56,080 nt of DNA from Microthyrium microscopicum (taxonomy: Eukaryota): assembly GCA_010405405.1 (NCBI GenBank), contig MU004234.1, positions 2,011,275 to 2,067,354 on the forward strand, in the 5' to 3' direction. The translations under genes and the position numbers were made by a program. Shown here in pieces: positions 48,536 to 56,080 of the stretch. How positions within the stretch are numbered: position 1 is the first letter of the stretch; each line of letters opens with the position of its first letter. The notes under the pieces are model-generated. The model had not been told where the DNA came from, did no database searches, and saw nothing but the letters and a program-made list of their open reading frames with translations.

Positions 48536-49428
48536 ATGGAGTCAATCAACACTACGTCTACTGATGATCAAAGCGCCGGCGCGCGGGGAGCGGTCAGTAG
48601 CAAGATAAATACGACATGCTGATGTGTACTATACTGACCAACCCTCAGACCGAGGTCGTAGACTCCTGCTCCAGTTCATTCGTTAATGACTATACTATCA
48701 AGGCTCCAGATGTTACAAGCAAATCATCAGGCTCTCTCCCTCCCGCTATGCTCGAATCTTCCCTATTCACCCCTGGCGACGGAGACAACAAAGAGAAGCG
48801 TAACAAAAACAATTTCAAGGCGAACAAGAATCTACCAGGCCGTATCGTGCAGAAGTTTGCCGCCTGTATGAATGATGATCTGAAACCAAGCTTTGCTGAT
48901 CAGATCGCTCTCATCACACAATATGCTCAAGAAGTTGATGCGGTCATTACCAAGGGCAGATTAGCCGCTGCAGAATCAAAGGCTGCTATCGCTGAGTACG
49001 AAGATAAGACAGCCGACTACGACTATGCTTGTGCAGCCAAGATCGTGCATAGCGCCAATGCCGCGGATGCTGCGAAGATGGTTGAACGAGCCACGAAAGT
49101 TGCATCAAAGCACGATAAAGCTGCTGCGAAAGCCTACAAAGCCGCCACAAAGGCATATGCCCTCGCCACTGAGCAGTGGGACATCCTCATGCAGCCAGGC
49201 GCTACGCACGCCGAGAAAAGCATCATCACGCGCAATACTTTGAAGCTTGAAGCTGAGGCCGAGAAAGCCGCAAAACACGCTGAGGCAATGGGCACTAGTG
49301 CCGAGGAGACGGATGAAACGGCAAACGAGGCTATTGTTTATGCTGAAAAAATGGCCGATCGAGTGGCTAAGGCCGCGATAGAAGAGCAAAAGACCAAGAC
49401 TGAACTTGCTGCTCGAGGACCGCCATGA
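48536..49428 (+). CDS. Ala/Glu/Lys-rich helical (coiled-coil) orphan protein, paralogue B
   Basis: Exon 1 48536-48592 (MESINTTSTDDQSAGARGA), intron 48593-48648 (GTCAGT..CTGAC..CAG), exon 2 48649-49428. Shares AAK, DKAA..AY, W, EKS..TR..L.LE and A..YA landmarks with paralogue A. Confidence 0.7.
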
Positions 49429-52400
49429 ATCTCACAGTGGTGAAGGTAGATGATTCTGGGGTTGAGCTTAAGGTCGCCATGAAACGATTTACTACAGAGT
49501 TCGGTAAGCTTACTCAACAGATAAAGCAGCGCATGGCCGTCATTGCGGACTCCAAATGTAATTGAGCCCCAGATCATGATTGATCGATCAGAAATACCAC
49601 CGGATCGTTGGCGGGATGGAGCCTGGTGAAACCAGTAAAAGATTGGATGATATTCAAAGTAAACATGGATGGTATTGAATCTGAGTTTATCAGATCTTCG
49701 AATGCAGGCTTGTGTAGTGGGATCCTTTGACTGCCTTTAAATTGTAAAGGTTGGGAGGAGAAAGATTATTCGCGAATGGAATGTCGGTCATGGAGTATGC
49801 CAAAGCTCTCAACAAATGAATGCTTCTATAGTTGTTCGGGTTTGTCTTGATTAGTACAAAACCGTTGAATTGCTAGGTATCTTGTAGTTTTCGCTGAAGA
49901 AACTCAACGTGTGTTAACACTCCAGGACCGTATTTGCAGCGGGCCACCTTTAGGCACGCGTTGCGCTACGATGGTCATCATGGCTGATATTCGAACAATC
50001 CCAGGCTTCTTGCTGGATTTTAGTTTCTGTAATAGATAGAAGATTATTACTTACAACTACACATGACGACTATATTCAGTTTATTCAGCCGCCGGCATTG
50101 AAAACCAAATGACGGTTTATAAAAAGCCTTCCACCACCACCAACAACCATAATCCCTGGAAGGCATTATCCGAAAATATCATAGCAATAAAACCAATCAT
50201 TCTCCTGTCATATAGAAAGAAAAATTGAAGAAAAACGAGTTTCTTGAAAAGTGGCCACCCCCAGAGTTGACCACACTGCCTCGTCCCAAACGGGCAAAAA
50301 ATTATAATCACCGGCTTAGGCTGACTAGACCCAGCCTATCACGACACTGCAGCGAACAAGCCACAGTCTCGGAGTGTACATTAATTACAAAGTCCCTAGA
50401 ACACACCGAGAGACACCGTTTAAGTGGTGATTTATGTAAAATTACTAACTTCTGTATATATACTGTATTCCCACCAACCATGGAAAATAAAAAACGATGA
50501 TAATGCTTGGACTTTATTTTCATCAAATATAAACAATAAAAGGTCTATTTCCTTTTTTCAATACTCATGTACTATTACCCGGATCGAACATTGGAGTAAG
50601 GGGGTCTATTCTACCTTTACAACGCGCGGTTATCCATCTAAGCCATTTAGACAAGGATCCGCCAAGGATCCATAGAAGTCTAGTCAAGGTCATAAAATTG
50701 AGGCTTCCTCAAACGATTGAGGGATAGCCCTGAGCCTTGAGCGGGCAATGCCTCTTATGTTTTTAAAGCTCAACAAATTAGCACAATAGCACAAAATCTT
50801 CTGGGAAAAGGTTGCGTAACATGGGGCCACGAACTACTAATCGGTCGATTCCACATATTTAAACAACACTTCAGACGCTGCTATAGGTATTGAATTCAAT
50901 CACCTCCAGTAGGTTGTGTTTTAGTATGTTCTATTCTAGCTAGCCTATGTTTTAGCAACCCTGACGCCGGGCTTCATGACAAGCAGATCTATCAGAGCAA
51001 CGGGACAGTTCGGAGAACCTAGCAAAATCACTAATGATACAAGTAGCAAGAAGAGTGTCCTTCGCGGCTTCGCCTATACATACGAAGACAATGACAACAA
51101 TCTCGTTATGGTAAAGAAACAATAACTGTTGGATACAACACGAAGAGAACAAAGAGCAAAGCGTCGATGAAAACAGAAGTTGGAGTTTCTGGTCAGACCT
51201 CCCCATCGAATATAGACTCAATCTTGTTTGAGCCAGGGTTGCGAATCTAGTAAGTTTTATCTAGTCTAGTATCTAGTAAATCTAATCTAGTCTAGTATCT
51301 AGTACGAGATTTTTTGGACTAAATCTAGTTTTACTAGTATCTAGTTTTAGTAAAAACTAGTCTAATCTAGTACTAGTATGTAATTATATAAATCTAGTAA
51401 ATACTAGTATCTAATTAAGTATACTAGTTAAACTAGATAATACTTATTATAATTTAAATATATTTATTTTAAGATAATTTTTATATTATTTAATAGCTCT
51501 AGACAAAGAGATTCTAGATTTAGTTTTAGTTTTTCTTAAATACTACTAGTTATAGCGTTATAATTAGTTTTCTAAAATAATATAATAAATTTAAAATCTT
51601 AGATTTAAATTTATATAATACTAACTATAATATAATAAGAAATAGTTTAAGATATATTATACTAAACTAACTATATTCTTTAAGGTAATAAATTAGTTTT
51701 AGCTTATAACTTAATATTTATAATAGTATTTAATACTTTAAGTAAAAAAAAATATTTACTTAGATATTATATTAAATTCTACATAATATATAGAATATAT
51801 ATATACTACTATAGTATATATTAGCTTAAGATTACTATAGACTTAATTACTAGTCTAAATATTAGTTATAAGTATTATATATAATAGAAATATTTATTTA
51901 TATTTTTAATTATTTAGTAATAGTAATTATTACTAAGTTATTATATCTAATAAAAGTACTAACCTATAGTATAAGCTATGCTCTATAAGATAGCCTATTT
52001 AGATTTTCTTATCTACGTCTTATAATATTATATTTAATCTTTAATCTAACTTTAAACTTTAATAAATATTATATCTATAACTAAAAGATAAGATATAAAA
52101 AGATATATATTATAATTAGAAAAAAATACTATATTTTCTAGGCTATCTTAACCCCTTTTTTTAGTATAAAGGAAAAACTAAATAAGTATAGACATAAAAA
52201 TAAAAACTAAAAATAAGAACTACTAATCTATAATATCTAAATCTTCCTATTTAAAGTCTACTTTATCTTTAGCATTAGTAGTAGTAATAAAACTAGTACT
52301 AAGATAAAAAGTATTTCTTAATTTAGAAATATAACTATTTAGAGCTATTTTAAAAGCTACTAGTTTAGGCTTTACTAAAGCCTATCTTTCTACCTAAAAA

Positions 52401-53584
52401 AAATTAGCTAAAGTATTAAAATTAATAATAATTAGTAACTTATAATATAAGCTATATACTTAATAGCGTTAGCTACTATTTTAGCTTTTTTAATAGCTTA
52501 ATCGTTTGCTACTTTAGCTAAGTACTTTTATTATAATTTAGCTCTAAAAGCTACTCTTTTAGCTTTTATAGCTTCTTTTTTAGTAGCTTTTTAGTCTAAA
52601 TACTTTTTAGTAAGTATATAAAGAGCTTCCTAAATAGTTAGTTCTTAGGGCCTAAAAATAGGGCTTTTAGAACGTCTATTATTTATTAGATATTAATTAA
52701 TAAAATAATAGAATATAACTTACCTTTAGGGCCTAAAATAAGCACTTATAAGAAAAGAAGATAATTCATAACTAGGGCTTAAAGGAGATCTATTTAATAA
52801 TTAGTTATTAATTAATTAATTAATAAAATAAAAGAATATTACTTACTTTATAGCTTCTAGATACCTTTTAAGTTACTTTTTAAAGACTAATTTTAGCCCT
52901 AACTAATTTATACTTAATACTAGTATATTAATTATTTATTAACAACCTATACTAGTCTAAATCTAGATAATAGTAAATAAAATAAGTATAGTAGTATCTA
53001 CTTAATTATATAGGAAGGTATAATTTATATTAATCTTATATACTTCTAGAATATAATATATAATAAAAGTATAATTAAGATTAATTCCTTAGTAAAGTAG
53101 ATTATTTTTAATACTAAAATAAGTATATTTAAGTTTCTATTTATCTATAAAGAAGACTATATAGCCTAAATAAGGGCTATTAATAGCGCTATCCCTTTTT
53201 AGAATAAAGATTTTAAGATTAGATATTCTTTTATTTAAAATTAAAGCATTTTAGTAGCCTAAAAACTCTACTTAAAATCTCTAAGCTTTAGCAAGCTACT
53301 TATATAAGAAAGAATACTCTATTAATATTAATATTAGTTATATAAAAGATTTAGTTACTTACTAATAAGTTTTATTATATAGAGGTCTAGGTAAAGCATT
53401 CTAATTTAAAAAGTTAATAAAAGTAAAAAATAAAAAAATCTTTATAAAAATTAGAATAACTTATAAACTAGGCTAAGATAGGCTAGATAAAGACTATAAC
53501 TAGAAAGAAGAGGAAAAAAGAATATAAAAATAATATCTTTTAGATACTAGCTATAGCTAGAAACTAAAAAGATAAAACTTTAAT

Positions 53585-53759
53585 AATTTAAGAAAAAAGA
53601 ATTAAAAAAGAGGAAAGAGTAACTTATATAGAGATTTTAAATTAGACTAACTATATTCTAATTAATTTAACTATATTCTAAGCTAGATTATAGTTAATCT
53701 AATCTAAAATCTCTATATAAGGTACTCTTTCTTCTCTTTTAATTCTTCTTTCTTAAATT
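53585..53759. repeat. About 76-bp inverted repeat (foldback) with 23-bp spacer
   Basis: 53585-53660 is the near-perfect reverse complement of 53684-53759; most mismatches are transitions. Confidence 0.85.
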
Positions 53760-54839
53760 TTATAAAAAAATTACTTTTTAGAAATATATTCTAAAGTACT
53801 ACTACTCTTAACTAGTTTATATATTATTACCTTTTTAGGATATATATTCCTACTTTTTTTATAGGTTTTTCTAATAAGTTTTTTTTACTTTTTTTACTTT
53901 TTTTAACTAACTTTTTTTTTAGTTATTTAGTATATTACTAAGTAGTCTCTACTTTTTATTTCTATTTCTAGAAGTATAGAAAATACTTTTTTAAAGCTTT
54001 TTATAGCTTTTTTTAGTAAGTTTATTTTTACTTTTTTTTACTTTTTTTTACTTTTTTTACTATATTCTAATATTTAATTTAGGCTTCTTTTCTAGTAGTA
54101 TTTCTACTTTATACTTTTAGTATTACTATTAGTAGTAAGTTATTTACTTATATTTTAGAAATATTTTACTAATTTTTATAATTTAGTTTATTACTATTTT
54201 TATTAGAGATTATATTTATATTTTCTCTAATATTTCTTTATTTTATTTAAGATTTATCTTTATAATATATACTATACGCTATTCTTTATTATTTAGCTAA
54301 AACCTAGTCTAAAAGCTATTATTATTTATAATTTAGTTTTTATTTCTTAGTTTTTACTTAAGTTTTCNNNNNNNNNNTTTTTATTTACTTTCTTATTTAG
54401 TTATACTATTTAAGACTAGTAAATTTTATACTATATACTTTCATATATTTCTAATAGATCTATTAGTTTAGAATTCCTTATCTAGCTCTAAATTTTAATC
54501 TAGAAATAAAAGAAATACCTAAATTTATATTCTCTTTTTAATTTATAAAATAAGTAATATTAATAATTTAGAAATAAATAATAATAATTCTAATCTTAAT
54601 CTACCTAATACTTAGCCTACTAGCTAACTATTTAATTTAGATACTAGTATAGATCTATCTAATAGTACTTCTTAAGTTACTATTAGATTAAATAAATATA
54701 GGAATAATAAATATAATAAATCTACTTTTAAATTAAAAGATAATAACCCTAGTACTACTTATATCTTTAAATATAGTTTATTTACTAGAGAACTATTATC
54801 TATTAATTTTAATAAACCTAGAGAGTTTAAATTAACTTA

Positions 54840-56080
54840 TTCTATTTATAAGTCTAATTATAAAAAAATTATTCCTTTTAAGGATTTTTTAACTTCTAAT
54901 TCTACTATATATTATAGAAGATATTATCTTACTATAGCTACTAAATAAAAAGAATATAATACTAAGTAGACTATAAAAGATTATAATATAGAATAAGTAT
55001 TAATTACTAGCTTTATTAATAATCTAAATATTTTTATTATTTCTCTATTTACTAGAGTAGCTAGTAGTCTAAATACTAAAAAATATATAAGATCTAGTAC
55101 TAATTATAAGTTTCTATAAGAAGAAGCTCTATATTTAATTCTAGCTTTTATTATTAATAATAATCTATCTTTTAATATTTTAGATTCTTAATCTTTTAGA
55201 AACTTATTAGAATATTATAATTATAATACGCCTAAAGTTAATTATAATAACGTTAGAAAGCTATTAGATAAAACGTTTAATAACTCTCTTAAAATATTTA
55301 GATTAGAAGTTAAATAAGTAATAAAAAATAGAAATTACTTTTTTATTACTTTAGATGCTTAGATAGCTAGTAATTAAACTACTTTTTTAAGTATAATATT
55401 AATATATATTAATAATAATATAAAATTATAATATAAGTTAATAAGATTTAAAGAGTTAATTAAAAGCTATACTAATATTTATATTTCTTAAGTATTTAAT
55501 ACTTATTTAATTAATTATAGTCTAGATATTTTAAATATTATTAATATTACTAGGGATAATACTAGTAATAATAATACTCTAGTAGATTAATTAAAACTTA
55601 AAGCATTTTCTAAAAATTCTATAAGTTTTTATAATATTTATTATACTACTTATATTATTAATTTAGTAGTAAAAAAAGTATTAAAACGTTTTTTAGCTTC
55701 TTATAATATAGAAGTTAATTTAATAGCTTATATTAATACGCTATTAAATTTAAAAGATAATAATAATAAAAAAGATAATATAGAAGATAAAGATAGTACT
55801 AAGCCTTTAGGTTTAATATAAAAAGTAAGAAGAATTATTACTTCTATTAAATATATAGAAGTTTATAAAAGATTATTTATTACTAGTCTATATATTTACT
55901 ATTATAATAATAAGATTCCTAATACTACTAAGATTAATAAAGTAGCTTTAGATAATAATACTAAATAGAATTCTACTTATTATACTCTTAATTCTTTTAT
56001 TCTTCTTAAAAAATATATTTTATATATTTTTAATAATATAACTAAGTAAAAGTTTAGAAATTAATTATTATTAACTAATA
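54840..56080 (+). pseudogene. RIP-inactivated hAT-superfamily transposase
   Basis: Reading through stops gives FIINNNLSFNILDS*SFRNLL, ITLDA*IASN*TTFLSI (TxDxWT), ITRDNTSNNNTL (TxDNAxNN), IYYTTYIINLVVK (CxxH.LNL) and LDNNTK*NSTY (TRWNS), in correct hAT order and consistent with G>A/C>T changes. Confidence 0.88.

Larger units (their letters stand above)
51234..56080. mobile_element. RIP-degraded AT-rich transposon block (extends beyond window; 10-N assembly gap at 54368-54377)
   Basis: Abrupt switch to very AT-rich, TpA-rich, CpA/TpG-poor sequence with no ORFs. It begins with CAGGGTTGCGAATC followed by many TCTAG/ACTAG subterminal repeats. Confidence 0.9.

Noticed and set aside
50060..51230. 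Short ORFs flanking the RIP block
   Set aside because: Fragmented and unrecognisable; possibly RIP leakage into an orphan gene.
39600..56080. Starship-type giant element as the explanation for the accessory region
   Set aside because: No tyrosine-recombinase captain or typical Starship cargo genes are recognisable in this window.

Overview
Eukaryotic, intron-rich DNA from a filamentous ascomycete (GT-AG introns with CTRAC/CTAAY branch sites; RIP-type mutation; Dothideomycete-like is inference only). 1-23 kb and 31.9-39.3 kb are conserved core genes: HIS6, an O-methyltransferase, a Ppc89/Cep57-like spindle-pole protein, a RING-H2 protein, an AmdX/Sda1-type C2H2 transcription factor, a type II NADH dehydrogenase, acyl-CoA thioesterase II, dihydroxyacetone kinase, SmD2 (missed by the ORF track) and an Ams2/Spt21-like GATA factor. 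Two accessory-looking blocks interrupt or follow them. 23.2-31.8 kb holds a Mutator-type MITE with a 9-bp TSD, a HET-domain gene, an F-box gene and a stand-alone RNase H gene. 39.6-51.2 kb holds a second stand-alone RNase H gene and two tandem Ala-rich coiled-coil paralogues. From 51.23 kb to the end is an AT-rich RIP-destroyed block containing a recognisable hAT transposase and a 10-N gap. The best leads are: two intron-containing, catalytically complete RNase H genes with no reverse transcriptase; a structured candidate box C/D snoRNA in NADH dehydrogenase intron 1; an approximately 1.2-kb ATG-free leader before the AmdX-like gene; an in-frame extension past the Ams2-like UAG stop; and a G6 frameshift in one coiled-coil paralogue. 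All family assignments come from motifs recognised by eye; no searches were run.
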